Shown here in pieces: positions 1 to 10,467 of a stretch of 64,000 bases of DNA (positions within the stretch are counted from its first letter, which is position 1; every line of letters starts with the position of its first letter). The notes under the pieces were generated by a model. It had not been told where the DNA came from. It saw only the letters and a list, made by a program, of their open reading frames with translations, and searched no databases. Where the stretch lies: assembly GCA_963796455.1 (NCBI GenBank), contig CAWCLO010000004.1, forward strand, positions 192,001-256,000, written 5' to 3'. The translations under genes were made by a program, and so were the position numbers. This DNA is from Candidatus Sulfomarinibacteraceae bacterium. Its GTDB lineage: Bacteria; Acidobacteriota; Thermoanaerobaculia; Thermoanaerobaculales; Sulfomarinibacteraceae.

Positions 1-61
1 TCCGTCCCTCAAAATGCCCGGACGCCCGGCGACGGACGACGATATCTAGGGCCACCTGCTT

Positions 62-3000
62 TCATTCTGCGGCGTGGTAACAGCTCCAGCTCCTCACCCT
101 GAGATCCTTGATCGAGACCCGCTCGAGGGCCTCGGCCAGTCGTTCGGCGAGCTGGCGGTTGGTGATCAGGGGAATGCCGAGATCGGCGGCCGTCCGTCGA
201 ATGATGTAGTCGTTGGTCAGCTCTTCCTTCTGGAAGTGTTTGGGGATGTTGATCACCAGATCGATTTTGCCCTGCTTGAGGTAATCGACCGCGTTCGGGC
301 TTTCGTTGTCGAGCGGCCATTTGAGGATCGTCGTGCTGATGCCGTTGCGTTCGAAGAACTCGGCCGTGCCCTGGGTTGCGAAGAGCTCTACGCCAAGCCG
401 CACGAATCGGCGCGCGGTGTCCAGAAAGGCCGCCTTGCTCTCGATCGGACCGGTCGAGAGCAGCGCACGTTCGATCGGGAATTTGAATCCGACGGCAATG
501 AGGGCCTTGAGGAAGGCCTCCTCGAAATCCCACCCGAGGCAGGCCACCTCGCCGGTGGAGGCCATCTCGACCCCGAGGGTCGGATCCGCGCCTTCCAATC
601 GCGTAAAGGAGAAGTGGGGCGCCTTGACGCCAACGTAGTCGAGGTCGAGTTGTGCCCGGTTGTCGAGCTCCACCGGCCGACCCATCATGACCCGGGTGGC
701 GGCGTCGATCAGATTCTGTTTCAACACCTTCGAGACAAAGGGGAATGACCGCGACGCCCGGAGGTTGCACTCGATCACCATCACCTTGTTGTCCTTGGCC
801 AGAAACTGGATATTGAAAGGCCCGGTGATGTTGAGTGACTCGGCGATCTTCTTCGTGATCACCCTGATCCTGCGCATGGTCTCCAGATAGGTGCGCTGCG
901 GCGGCAACACGAGAGTCGCGTCTCCGGAGTGCACACCGGCGTTTTCGACGTGCTCCGAGACCGCCCAACCAACCAGTTCGCCGTTGCGCGCAACGGCATC
1001 GATGTCGATTTCTTTCGCGTTCTCGACGAATTTGCTGACTACCACCGGGTAGTCGGGGGAGATGGCCTCGGCATTGGATAAATAGGTCGTGAGCTCTTCG
1101 TCGTTGCCGGCCACCGCCATGGCCGCGCCGGAAAGCACGTACGAGGGGCGGACGATCACCGGGTAACCCTGTTCCGACGCGAATTGAATCGTCTCGTCGA
1201 GAGACGTGAGTTCCTGCCAGGCCGGCTGGGGAACCCCGATCTCTTCCAGCAGACTCGAGAAGTGGTGCCGGTTCTCAGCCCGGTCGATGCTTCGGGGCGA
1301 GGTCCCGAGCACTCGCATACCGGCGTCGCCACACGGAACCGCCAGATTGTTGGGGACCTGGCCGCCCATCGATAGAATGATGCCGAGCGGCGACTCTTTG
1401 TGATAGATCTCCGAGACCGCTTCGAAGCTGAGTTCGTCGAAATACAGACGGTCGCACTCGTCATAATCGGTGCTCACGGTCTCGGGGTTGTGGTTGACCA
1501 TCAAGGTCCGATAGCCGAGATCACGGAGGGTCCGGACCGCGTTGACGCAACACCAGTCGAACTCCACCGAGCTGCCGATCCGGTAGGCACCGGGACCGAG
1601 GATCATGACCGAGCCCTCTTCGCCAAAATCGACGTCGTCGTCACTTCCGTTGTAGGTGAGATAGAGGTAGTTGGTGGCGGCGGGGTATTCGGCGGCCAGG
1701 GTGTCGATCTGTTTGACACAGGGATGGATGCCGAGTTCGTGGCGGCGGGCCCGAACCGCCTCCTCGGCCGCACCTGTGGCCCAGGCTATCTGGGCATCGG
1801 CGAAACCGAGCTCTTTGGCGCGCCGCAACAGATCGGTATCGAGTTTTGGCACTTCGGTTGCCTTGAGGCGTTTTTCGATCGCGACCATCCCGGCGATTTT
1901 GTCGAGGAACCACTCGTCGATGTGGGTGATCTGATGGATCTCGTCTATCGAGAGGCCCTCCCGGATCGCCTCGGCCACGGCAAAGATCCGCCGTTCGGTC
2001 GGTTCGGCCAGCGACTGCCGCACGTTTTCAAATTTGAACTGATCGTTGAGCACGACTCCGCGGGCCCCGGTCTCGGTCATTCGCAGGGCCTTTTGCAATG
2101 CCTCCTCGAATTTTCGCCCGATCGCCATCACCTCGCCGACCGACTTCATCGCCGATCCGATCCGTTCCTCCACGCCGGGGAATTTTTTGAAATCCCAACG
2201 CGGCGCCTTGACGACGACGTAGTCGAGAGCGGGCTCGAAGCAGGCGCAGGTGGATCTGGTGACCGAATTCTCGACATCGGTCAAGGACTTGCCGAGGACG
2301 AGCTTGGCGGCCACGAAGGCCAGTGGATAGCCGGTGGCTTTGGATGCCAGGGCCGACGAACGGGACAGACGGGCGTTGATCTCGATGACGCGATAGCCCT
2401 CGCCGTCCGGAGAAAGCGCGTACTGGATGTTGCACTCGCCGACAATCCCGAGATGGCGGACGACCCGGATCGCGAGCTCTCTCAAGAGGTGGTATTCGTC
2501 GTTGTTCAGAGTCTGGCTGGGCGCCACCACCAGGCTCTCCCCGGTGTGGATCCCCATCGGGTCCAGATTCTCCATGTTACAGACCGTGATGCAGTTGTCG
2601 TAGGCGTCTCGCATCACCTCGTACTCGATCTCTTTCCAACCCGTCAGGTATTCTTCGACCAGGACCTGACCGGTGTGGGCGAATGCCTTTGCAGCCAGCG
2701 CCTCCAGGTCCGTTTCGGAACGGCAGATTCCCGAGCCGAGCCCACCGAGAGCGAAGGCCACCCGGGCCATGCACGGATAACCGATCTCACGCCCAGCCTC
2801 GATGGCTTCTTCGAGTGTGGTGGTTGGCCGACTGCGTGGCACCGCGACGTCGATCTCGCCGAGGCGGGCGACGAATCGTTCGCGGTCTTCGGTATCGAGG
2901 ATCGACTGGATCGGGGCGCCGAGAACCCGGACTCCGTATTTTTCGAAGACGCCCTGACGATCCAGCTCGACCCCGCAGTTGAGGGCCGTCTGACCGCCGA

Positions 3001-3265
3001 AACCGAGCAACACCCCGTCCGGGCGCTCCTTGACGATCACCTGTTCGACGAAATCAGGCGTGACGGGAATGAAGTAGATCTCATCCGCCAGATGTTCTGA
3101 GGTCTGGATGGTGGCGATGTTGGGGTTGATGAGGACAGTCTTGATGCCCTCTTCCTTGAGCGCTTTGATGGCCTGGCTTCCGGAGTAGTCGAACTCACCG
3201 GCTTCGCCGATCTTGAGGGCCGAACTGCCCAGGACCAGGACCTTCTGAGGCAGCGGCCGGCTCAT
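62..3265 (-). CDS. carB: Carbamoyl-phosphate synthase large subunit
   Basis: GEAGEFDYSGSQA N-terminus, two ATP-grasp halves (EINARLSRSS, ECNLRASRS), C-terminal MGS domain. Start moved to MSRPLPQK at 3265, which gives an ATGA overlap with the carA stop. Confidence 0.97.
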   Translation of the reverse strand: MSRPLPQKVLVLGSSALKIGEAGEFDYSGSQAIKALKEEGIKTVLINPNIATIQTSEHLADEIYFIPVTPDFVEQVIVKERPDGVLLGFGGQTALNCGVELDRQGVFEKYGVRVLGAPIQSILDTEDRERFVARLGEIDVAVPRSRPTTTLEEAIEAGREIGYPCMARVAFALGGLGSGICRSETDLEALAAKAFAHTGQVLVEEYLTGWKEIEYEVMRDAYDNCITVCNMENLDPMGIHTGESLVVAPSQTLNNDEYHLLRELAIRVVRHLGIVGECNIQYALSPDGEGYRVIEINARLSRSSALASKATGYPLAFVAAKLVLGKSLTDVENSVTRSTCACFEPALDYVVVKAPRWDFKKFPGVEERIGSAMKSVGEVMAIGRKFEEALQKALRMTETGARGVVLNDQFKFENVRQSLAEPTERRIFAVAEAIREGLSIDEIHQITHIDEWFLDKIAGMVAIEKRLKATEVPKLDTDLLRRAKELGFADAQIAWATGAAEEAVRARRHELGIHPCVKQIDTLAAEYPAATNYLYLTYNGSDDDVDFGEEGSVMILGPGAYRIGSSVEFDWCCVNAVRTLRDLGYRTLMVNHNPETVSTDYDECDRLYFDELSFEAVSEIYHKESPLGIILSMGGQVPNNLAVPCGDAGMRVLGTSPRSIDRAENRHHFSSLLEEIGVPQPAWQELTSLDETIQFASEQGYPVIVRPSYVLSGAAMAVAGNDEELTTYLSNAEAISPDYPVVVSKFVENAKEIDIDAVARNGELVGWAVSEHVENAGVHSGDATLVLPPQRTYLETMRRIRVITKKIAESLNITGPFNIQFLAKDNKVMVIECNLRASRSFPFVSKVLKQNLIDAATRVMMGRPVELDNRAQLDLDYVGVKAPHFSFTRLEGADPTLGVEMASTGEVACLGWDFEEAFLKALIAVGFKFPIERALLSTGPIESKAAFLDTARRFVRLGVELFATQGTAEFFERNGISTTILKWPLDNESPNAVDYLKQGKIDLVINIPKHFQKEELTNDYIIRRTAADLGIPLITNRQLAERLAEALERVSIKDLRVRSWSCYHAAE

Positions 3266-4371
3266 CGTGACCCCCCGTTGAGGGTGGCGGCAAAATCGTC
3301 GATGATCCACTCCGAATCAACCGGCCCCGGGTTTGCCTCGGGGTGGAATTGAACACTCTTAATTGGTTGTGACACGTGGCGAATACCCTCGATGGAGCCG
3401 TCGTTGGCATTGACGAACCACGGCCGCCAATCACTCGGTAGACTTTTTTCGCGAACCGCATAACCGTGGTTCTGGGATGTGATCATGCATCTCTTGCCAC
3501 GAGATCCGGATTCCTCGATCTCGATGCATGGCTGATTCTGGCCGCGATGGCCGAAGGGGAGCTTGTATGTTTCGGCTCCGGCGGCCAGGGCCAGGAGTTG
3601 ATTTCCAAGGCAAATGCCGAGGATCGGAACGTCGAGGGCCAGCGCGCGCTCCACATTACGGATTGCCGCCTGGCACATCTGCGGGTCGCCGGGACCGTTC
3701 GAGATCACGAGGCCGTCGAATTCGATGCCGGGGAAGTAGTGATCGTGAGGCACCCTGAGGACATTCAGCCCCCGTCGCAGCAGACAACGAACGATGCTCG
3801 TTTTACAGCCGCAGTCGAGCAGGACGACGGTGGGAGCTCCGTCGACTCCGCTCTCGTAGCGGACGACCTCGTCAACGCTCACCGTGGCCACCAGATCGGT
3901 GGCATTGGGGTCGAAGAGGCTGACCGGTTCGCTCGTGTTTTCGGCCTCGATGGCGCCCAGCATCGAGCCCTTTTCCCGCAGACGTTTGGTGACGAGACGG
4001 GTGTCGATGCCGGAGATAGCGGGGATTCCCTCGGAGCGAAGCCACTCATCGAGGCTTCGTGAAGCCAGGTAGTGGCTGTATTTCTCCGAGTGTTCGGAGA
4101 CGACGAGTGCCGTGGCCTGAATACGATCCGATTCGAAACCGAGTGGGAGCCCGAAGTCGTCACGCTCAAAGGCAGGAACCCCGTAATTGCCCACCAGCGG
4201 GTAGGTCAGTACCAGAATCTGACCCGAATAGGAGGGGTCCGTCAGCGATTCCGGGTAGCCCACCATGCCGGTGTTGAAAACCACTTCACCGGCGATCGGG
4301 GTGTCAGCGCCGAAGAGCTTTCCGTTGTACGTCGTTCCGTCCTCGAGCCTGAGGCGGCCTTTTCGATCCAT
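3262..4371 (-). CDS. carA: Carbamoyl-phosphate synthase small subunit
   Basis: GEVVFNTGMVGYPESLTDPSY, SNGPGDP, GICLG, QFHPE glutaminase motifs. Start at MDRKG after GAAAGG. Confidence 0.97.
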   Translation of the reverse strand: MDRKGRLRLEDGTTYNGKLFGADTPIAGEVVFNTGMVGYPESLTDPSYSGQILVLTYPLVGNYGVPAFERDDFGLPLGFESDRIQATALVVSEHSEKYSHYLASRSLDEWLRSEGIPAISGIDTRLVTKRLREKGSMLGAIEAENTSEPVSLFDPNATDLVATVSVDEVVRYESGVDGAPTVVLLDCGCKTSIVRCLLRRGLNVLRVPHDHYFPGIEFDGLVISNGPGDPQMCQAAIRNVERALALDVPILGICLGNQLLALAAGAETYKLPFGHRGQNQPCIEIEESGSRGKRCMITSQNHGYAVREKSLPSDWRPWFVNANDGSIEGIRHVSQPIKSVQFHPEANPGPVDSEWIIDDFAATLNGGSR

Positions 4372-4647
4372 CAACGAGCCTTTCTCGCGCCTTCCGGCAC
4401 AACCGATCTTGACGCAGAAGATTAGCGTGTTCGGACCGGCTTGGCGAGAATATTTCCCAGGAAGCGGGCGGAGGCGTGAGATCGTGGCGCGAGGGAATAC
4501 CTCAGTCGCTTCGCAACATGAAGATGGTGGGCCGATCGGGGAAGGCAGAATTGGCAAATTCAGTCGTGTATCGGGAAATGTGGTCCGATGACTCCGACGG
4601 CAGAGTGTTGGGTCCGTGGAAGCAAAATTAATAGAAGGAGTCTTTCA

Positions 4648-5310
4648 ATGGCAACAGTTTGCATCACCGGAGCGAATCGGGGAATCGGTCTCGAACTCGC
4701 CCGTCATTACAAGGTCCGGGGAGACCGGGTCATCGCGGTGTGTCGATCGGCTTCGAAAGACCTGAAGGCTCTCGGGGTGGATCTGTCCGAGGGTGTCGAT
4801 GTAACGATCGACGACTCGGTGACGGGTTTCGTGGCGGAGCTTGCTGATACGCGGGTGGATCTGCTGATCAACAACGCCGGTCTTCTCAGCGATGAATCGC
4901 TGGTGGATCTCGACTTTGATCGTATGCGGCGACAATTCGAGGTCAACACCCTCGGGCCGCTGCGGATGACGGCCGCAGTCGCGCCCAATCTTGGAGAGGG
5001 CTCCAAAGTTGCCATCATCAGCAGTCGAATGGGTTCGATCCAGGACAATACCTCGGGTGGCCGTTATGGTTACCGAATGTCCAAATGTGCGGCCAACATG
5101 GCCGGTCGGTCGCTGGCCCATGATCTCAAGGATTCGGGCGTTGCGGTCGCGATTCTGCATCCCGGGTTCGTGCGGACCGAGATGACCGGTGGCCAGGGTC
5201 TCATCGATTCGCCGGAGTCCGCAGCAGGTCTGATGGCTCGAATCGACGAATTGACCTTGGAGACCACAGGTACCTTCTGGCACGTCAACGGCGAGGTCAT
5301 TCCCTGGTAG
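4648..5310 (+). CDS. Short-chain dehydrogenase/reductase (CsgA-like)
   Basis: TGANRGIG, NNAG, YRMSK, HPGFVRT. AGAAGGAG RBS before the ATG at 4648. Confidence 0.92.
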   Translation: MATVCITGANRGIGLELARHYKVRGDRVIAVCRSASKDLKALGVDLSEGVDVTIDDSVTGFVAELADTRVDLLINNAGLLSDESLVDLDFDRMRRQFEVNTLGPLRMTAAVAPNLGEGSKVAIISSRMGSIQDNTSGGRYGYRMSKCAANMAGRSLAHDLKDSGVAVAILHPGFVRTEMTGGQGLIDSPESAAGLMARIDELTLETTGTFWHVNGEVIPW

Positions 5311-5347
5311 GGATCGGACTCCGCCTTTCCCGTGCCCGTGTCCGCGT

Positions 5348-5708
5348 CCGAATTGCAGCGGCAGAGTCCAGCGACAGGGACAGGGCACGGCAGACAGCGT
5401 CAGCGAACAGTAGGCTGCGGCAGCGTTCAGTCATCAGCGTCAGCGGTCAGCGGCCGGGACAGTGAACAGCACTCATCTCTTCGGGGATCCGGCCTTGGTG
5501 GTGCGGCCGTCTCGGCCGCACGACGGGCAGGCGAGACGCCGACACAAAGACGGCGGTTCCTTCTGTTGAACGACCCGGATGTGGCCACTTGGTCGCCTGG
5601 ACTCCTGATCGCTGCCGCTGAACACTGATCGCTGTCCCTGTCCGCTGCCACTGATTGCTGCACCTGTCGCTGTCCCTGAACGCTATCCGAGACTCTGTCC
5701 TGGACAAG
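5348..5708 (-). mobile_element. ORF-less derivative of the four-helix-bundle IR element
   Basis: Begins CCGAATTGCAGCGGCAG and ends TGTCCTGGACAAG, with inverted CAGCG(A/G)-rich arms. Keeps the leader motif (GAACGACCCGGATGTGGCCACT on +) and the post-stop motif TGAGTGCTGTTC seen in the copy at 25766-26539. Confidence 0.7.
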
Positions 5709-5726
5709 AGTGGTGGGGGAGACCAG

Positions 5727-5750
5727 GTGCAGGCGGGACGCCTGCACCAC
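5727..5750 (-). repeat. Single REP (GTGG plus palindrome)
   Basis: The reverse strand reads GTGG-TGCAGGCG-TCC-CGCCTGCA-C, identical to the REP flanking the RAYT gene. Confidence 0.85.
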
Positions 5751-5773
5751 AATTCACCCGCAAGTCTACCCTT

Positions 5774-6346
5774 CTAATGAATCTCTTCGACGCCGCCCTT
5801 GATGCTGTCGATCTGGCCTTTGAGGCTGCGGGGGTTCCAGTTCATGGGTCCGCGCGCCTGGTGAGCCATGATCCCAGCGGGATCGTAGATCAGGGTTTCG
5901 GGCAGCCGGCGCACTCCAAAGAGGTCACCGGTCTTTCCGTTCTCGTCCAGGTAGACGAGGTCCATCGGCACCTCGGCATCTTCGGCCCAGGCTTCGATGC
6001 CTTCCCAGGATGGTGCCCGGGCTATCAGGAGCACGTCGATCATCGGATCGGATGCGACCGACGCGGCGAAAGCCGCGGCCTGGGTCTGTTCGAAGGCATC
6101 TGTTGCGGTTGGATCGAACCAATGCAGAACCAGGACCTTTTCGGGGCGCCCAACGAGGTTGCGACGGTCGCCATCGACGGAGGCAACCCAGAGGAACCCA
6201 CCGGCATCTACTTTGGCAATCGCGTGATCGTGATCCGCGTGCCGGGCCGGCGTCTGGCTGTAATACATCTGATAGGCGAGAAAAACTCCGGCGGCCACGA
6301 TGGCGACGCCAATAATCAATCGATTGCGGACGGCTGGTTTCATCAT
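5774..6346 (-). CDS. Membrane-anchored TlpA/redoxin-fold protein lacking CxxC
   Basis: N-terminal TM helix, KVLVLHW strand, LPETLIYDPAG and ARGPMNW motifs typical of TlpA. No Cys in the protein. Confidence 0.7.
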   Translation of the reverse strand: MMKPAVRNRLIIGVAIVAAGVFLAYQMYYSQTPARHADHDHAIAKVDAGGFLWVASVDGDRRNLVGRPEKVLVLHWFDPTATDAFEQTQAAAFAASVASDPMIDVLLIARAPSWEGIEAWAEDAEVPMDLVYLDENGKTGDLFGVRRLPETLIYDPAGIMAHQARGPMNWNPRSLKGQIDSIKGGVEEIH

Positions 6347-6376
6347 CGGCGGATGATAACAAAATTTGCCCGGGTT

Positions 6377-7045
6377 TCATCCCCTGCGCGCCATGAATAT
6401 CGTATGTCGTGGGCCCTTCGCTCCCTGGCGGGCTCGAACAGTCTCGGTTGAAACCTCGAATCCGGCCTTGGACAATCGGCGCTCGAAGGCCCGGTCGGGG
6501 TCGGAGGACCACACTCCGAGCACCCCCCGGGTTCGCAAACAGCCGTAAATCGCCTGCAGTCCGCGTTCTCCATAGAGTTTGTTGTTCTGCTCGGTGGTAA
6601 ACGCGGCGGGACCATTGTCGACATCGAGGAGGATGGCGTCAAAGGTCCGTCTGTTTCGGGCGATCACTTCACCGACATCGGTGGCCGAGATCGTGACCCT
6701 CGGGTCCTCGAGCGGGGCTCCGGCCAGGTCGGCCAGTTCGTTTCGATTCCACTCGATGACCGCCGGAAAGATCTCGGACACCACGATTCCGGCTTCGCTA
6801 GGAGCCAGGTCGAGAACCGCCCTCAGGGTGTAGCCCATCCCCAACCCGCCAACCAGGATCCGGGGTCTGGCCTCTCGGACCAGAGCCATCACCAACCGCG
6901 CCAGGGCCTCTTCCGAACCGTGCGCCCGGCTCGACATCAGCTCGAGACCGTTCACCCTGATGGCGAAGGCGCCGTCGCGTTCGTGGAGAATGATCTCTTT
7001 GCCGTCGGGTGTGATCGCCCGACCGAGGGTATGTTGCGGTTTCAT
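6377..7045 (-). CDS. Spermidine-synthase-like SAM-dependent methyltransferase fold protein
   Basis: LVGGLGMGYT, FDAILLDVDNGP. Confidence 0.85.
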   Translation of the reverse strand: MKPQHTLGRAITPDGKEIILHERDGAFAIRVNGLELMSSRAHGSEEALARLVMALVREARPRILVGGLGMGYTLRAVLDLAPSEAGIVVSEIFPAVIEWNRNELADLAGAPLEDPRVTISATDVGEVIARNRRTFDAILLDVDNGPAAFTTEQNNKLYGERGLQAIYGCLRTRGVLGVWSSDPDRAFERRLSKAGFEVSTETVRARQGAKGPRHTIFMARRG

Positions 7046-7182
7046 GGACCTCCCGTTGTAATCCGATGCTATCAGTCAGCCCCGAGTATCCTCGTACCAG
7101 ACACGGAAATTCAAAACGCCCATTCTCAAAACCCCATCCTCACGATATTCCTGTGAGAACTGAGTTCGGCGCGTTTGACTGT

Positions 7183-7272
7183 CCGAATCGTAGCGGCAGC
7201 GCCAGTGATCAGTGGTCAGCGGCAGCCACAGGGAGCAGCAAACAGGAACAGCGTTCTGCGGCAACGATCAGG
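7183..7272 (+). repeat. Degenerate left arm of the CAGCG-rich IR element family
   Basis: CCGAATCGTAGCGGCAGC followed by CAGCG-like units. Confidence 0.5.
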
Positions 7273-7444
7273 TCGGTGCCATGATCTGACGCGGTCAACC
7301 CGAAGACGAGAGTGCCGCCCGAGACACTTTCTTGAACTCGGTTGAGCGCGTATCTGAATTTTTCGACCTGATCCTGAGCCGGAGCGATCGAGTGGTGGAC
7401 GCTCGCGGTAGAATGGATTTTCAACAAAAGAAGAGGATATTTCA

Positions 7445-8512
7445 ATGCAATTTGCCCCCTATTTCAAGCCACCCTGGCCCCCGAAAACCGGAAAACGCGC
7501 GCTGCTCACTGGAATCACCGGTCAGGATGGGTCCTATCTCGCCGAGTTGCTGCTCTCGAAGGGTTACGAGGTATGGGGCCTGATTCGCCGCTCGTCGACG
7601 ATCAATACCTCACGCATCGATCACATCTTCGAACCGCCGTGGATCGAGGACAAACGCCTCAACCTGGTGTATGGCGACCTCAACGATGCCTCGTCGCTCA
7701 ACCGCATTCTGAAGACCGTTCGGCCGGAAGAGGTCTATAACCTCGGTGCGCAATCGCACGTCAAGGTTTCCTTTGAAATCCCTGAATACACAGCGGAAGT
7801 GGTCGGTGTCGGCGCCACCCGCCTGCTCGAAGCCATGCGTGAATTGGGACTCGAGGCCCGCTTCTATCAGGCGTCGTCGTCGGAGCTCTTTGGCAAGGTG
7901 CTGGAATCACCCCAGACCGAACTGACGCCTTTTTATCCGCGCAGCCCGTACGCTGCGGCCAAGGCCTATGCCTTTTACATCACCCGCAACTATCGTGAAG
8001 CCTACGGGATCTTTGCGGTCAACGGGATATTGTTCAATCACGAATCGCCGCGCCGCGGTGAGACCTTTGTGACCCGGAAAATCACCATGGCGGCGGCCAG
8101 GATCAAGGCAGGACTGCAGGACTGTCTTTATCTCGGCAACCTCGACGCAAAACGCGACTGGGGTTTTGCCGGCGACTTTGTCGAGGCTATGTGGAGCATG
8201 CTCCAGGTGGATGAGCCCGACGATTACGTCGTGGCCACCGGAGAGACCCACTCGGTTCGTGAGTTCTGCGAAATTGCTTTCGCCCACGCCGGGCTGCCGA
8301 TCGAGTGGTCGGGTGAGGGTTTGGATGAGATCGGCGCCGATGCGGATGGCCGCACCCTGGTTCGTATCGATCCACGTTATTTCCGGCCGGCAGAAGTCGA
8401 TTTTCTACTTGGTGACTATTCGAAGGCCGAGAAGGACCTCGGTTGGCGACCGACGACCGACTTCGAAGGCCTCGTGAAAATGATGGCCGAAGCGGATATG
8501 GAGGCACTGTAG
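7445..8512 (+). CDS. gmd: GDP-mannose 4,6-dehydratase
   Basis: [54 protein letters not shown]. Confidence 0.97.
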   Translation: MQFAPYFKPPWPPKTGKRALLTGITGQDGSYLAELLLSKGYEVWGLIRRSSTINTSRIDHIFEPPWIEDKRLNLVYGDLNDASSLNRILKTVRPEEVYNLGAQSHVKVSFEIPEYTAEVVGVGATRLLEAMRELGLEARFYQASSSELFGKVLESPQTELTPFYPRSPYAAAKAYAFYITRNYREAYGIFAVNGILFNHESPRRGETFVTRKITMAAARIKAGLQDCLYLGNLDAKRDWGFAGDFVEAMWSMLQVDEPDDYVVATGETHSVREFCEIAFAHAGLPIEWSGEGLDEIGADADGRTLVRIDPRYFRPAEVDFLLGDYSKAEKDLGWRPTTDFEGLVKMMAEADMEAL

Positions 8513-8697
8513 ATCCCGCAGCCTCTCGGCGGAACCTCCTGCAAGATCCCGGGAGCGAAATGAAACGCGGTCGGCTGAAAACGGAAGGGCAGCGGGTACA
8601 ACGCTCGCGAAATATTTTTCGCGGTGGACCCAAAAGAACGGCGGGTCGATTCATGGAATCGACCCGCCGTTGTGTTGCTGTCAAAAACTACTGTTGA

Positions 8698-10113
8698 TCA
8701 GCCTTGGACCACGGTCCACCCACCAAATCCGGACTCAAAGTCATCGTTGAAGATGTCCTGGCCGCCGGGCTCACCGGAGCCACCGGCACCGAATTCGAAG
8801 GCCCCGAGATCCACGATGGCAGACCCGTTGCCGTCGCCGTCCGCGGGACGATCGTTGCCTTCACAGTCTTTTGCGGCTGCGAGCGCGTTCGAACCGGCGT
8901 CGATGGCCGGGGAGGTATCGGGAATCTTGAAGTTCTGGGCGCCTGGATTGACGAGGAGGGGATTCGACTGAATCGAATTGGAGCCCCATCCGTATCCGTT
9001 TTGACTGCGGAACTGGCTGACGGAGCCGGTCCTCCACGGCGGCCAGGAGACGACATTCGAGGAACTCGGCGACCACATGAGATTGTGGCTGGTTTCGATG
9101 GTCGGAAGGTTGTTGCCCTCTTCGTAGATCACCATCGCCGGGCCGTCACCGCGCGACACCATGAGGTTGTTGTGCACGGTATGACCTCTGCCCCAGAGAG
9201 AGATTTCGCCGGTGCCGTCATACCTTCCGAGACTGTTTTTCCAGCAGGTGTTGTTACGGATGGTGGCGTTGTCACTGTTGAAGATGTCCATGCACCAGCC
9301 TTCGTTTTCCCAGATCACGTTGTTTTCGATCAGGGCGCTGGCTGACGCGGTGCAATAGTCCAAAATGATCCCGTGACCCTCGGTCTCGCGATAGTCTTCG
9401 TCGGTATTGCCCCAGATGTGGTTGCCGCGAACAACGTTTTCGCCTTCGCACTCCCAGAGCGAGATCGGGCTCGTCCAACCGGTCAGATAATTATCGTGGA
9501 TTCGGCAATTCTCGATGGTCAGTGACGCCGCCCTCTGCGAACTGATCCCACCCCAGACACAACCGGAGAGATCGACGTTTTTGATTACGATGTCGCTCGA
9601 CTCCGAAACCATGATGCCCACCTCGGGGAATCCTTCGATGACGAATCCGTTGATCTCGACGTATTGAGGCGTAAAGCCGCCGCCTCCGGCCGCGATCACG
9701 CCGTAGATAGCTCCACCACTGGGATTGAGGACCACATTCTCGCCGGGTGCGGCGATAAATTTGATTGGGGACTGTTTGGTACCGCTGACGCAGATTTGCA
9801 GGACCGCTGCGCCCCAGCTCAGAGGATGTTGATGGTGAGTCTCAGAATAGACCCCTTCTCTGACATAGACAACATCACCGCTCTGGACGTCGGTGCCCGC
9901 TTTGGCCAGGGTGCACCACGGAGCGGATTGCGAGACCTGATTGCGTGCCCGATTGTCGTTGCACTGGCCGCCAAGCGAATTCCGGTCGACCCAGAGCTCG
10001 GCGGCACTGGCCGAGGAGGTCACGACGAAAAACACTATAAATGCAAGTAAATAAATAACTTGTATCTTAGACAATCGATTTTTCGCGACCTGAAAACCGA
10101 GAAAATTTGACAT
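8698..10113 (-). CDS. Secreted right-handed parallel beta-helix protein with choice-of-anchor Q-like tail (paralog 1)
   Basis: Signal peptide, PWCTL...GDVVYVREG, NosD-like repeats, SPAIDAG..DGDG..DLGAFE, final DIFNDDFESG..W tag. Confidence 0.85.
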   Translation of the reverse strand: MSNFLGFQVAKNRLSKIQVIYLLAFIVFFVVTSSASAAELWVDRNSLGGQCNDNRARNQVSQSAPWCTLAKAGTDVQSGDVVYVREGVYSETHHQHPLSWGAAVLQICVSGTKQSPIKFIAAPGENVVLNPSGGAIYGVIAAGGGGFTPQYVEINGFVIEGFPEVGIMVSESSDIVIKNVDLSGCVWGGISSQRAASLTIENCRIHDNYLTGWTSPISLWECEGENVVRGNHIWGNTDEDYRETEGHGIILDYCTASASALIENNVIWENEGWCMDIFNSDNATIRNNTCWKNSLGRYDGTGEISLWGRGHTVHNNLMVSRGDGPAMVIYEEGNNLPTIETSHNLMWSPSSSNVVSWPPWRTGSVSQFRSQNGYGWGSNSIQSNPLLVNPGAQNFKIPDTSPAIDAGSNALAAAKDCEGNDRPADGDGNGSAIVDLGAFEFGAGGSGEPGGQDIFNDDFESGFGGWTVVQG

Positions 10114-10300
10114 AGTTCCACCCTCCATACCAAAACGGTTAAAAATCGAATGCGGCGCGCTGTTCCGGGCTACGCCGCTCTCAACAAGGGCCCACTCCGA
10201 GATTTATGTTATTGGACATCGTTCCTCGAGACAGTGCTCCTGGTCACATTTACCGGGGATGTGATGAGAATGGTAGATCTGACAGGATTGCCGGTAAGTG

Positions 10301-10420
10301 CCCGAATTGCAGCGGCAGCGACAGTGTCCAGCGGCAGCGACAGGGATCAGGGGCTGGGAACAGCGATCAGCGGCAGCGATCAGGTCCGTTCCTGAACGCC
10401 ATTCAAGACTCTGTCTTGGA
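10301..10420 (+). repeat. Short ORF-less member of the IR element family
   Basis: CCCGAATTGCAGCGGCAG ... GACTCTGTCTTGGA ends. Confidence 0.65.
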
Positions 10421-10467
10421 AAAAAGTTGCTTTTGGAATGAAGGGGAAAGTCAGGGCTCGGACCGGT

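Noticed and set aside
1400..3100. Long antisense ORF (566 aa) and similar shadow ORFs
   Set aside because: Expected opposite strongly biased high-GC genes such as carB; no recognisable motifs.
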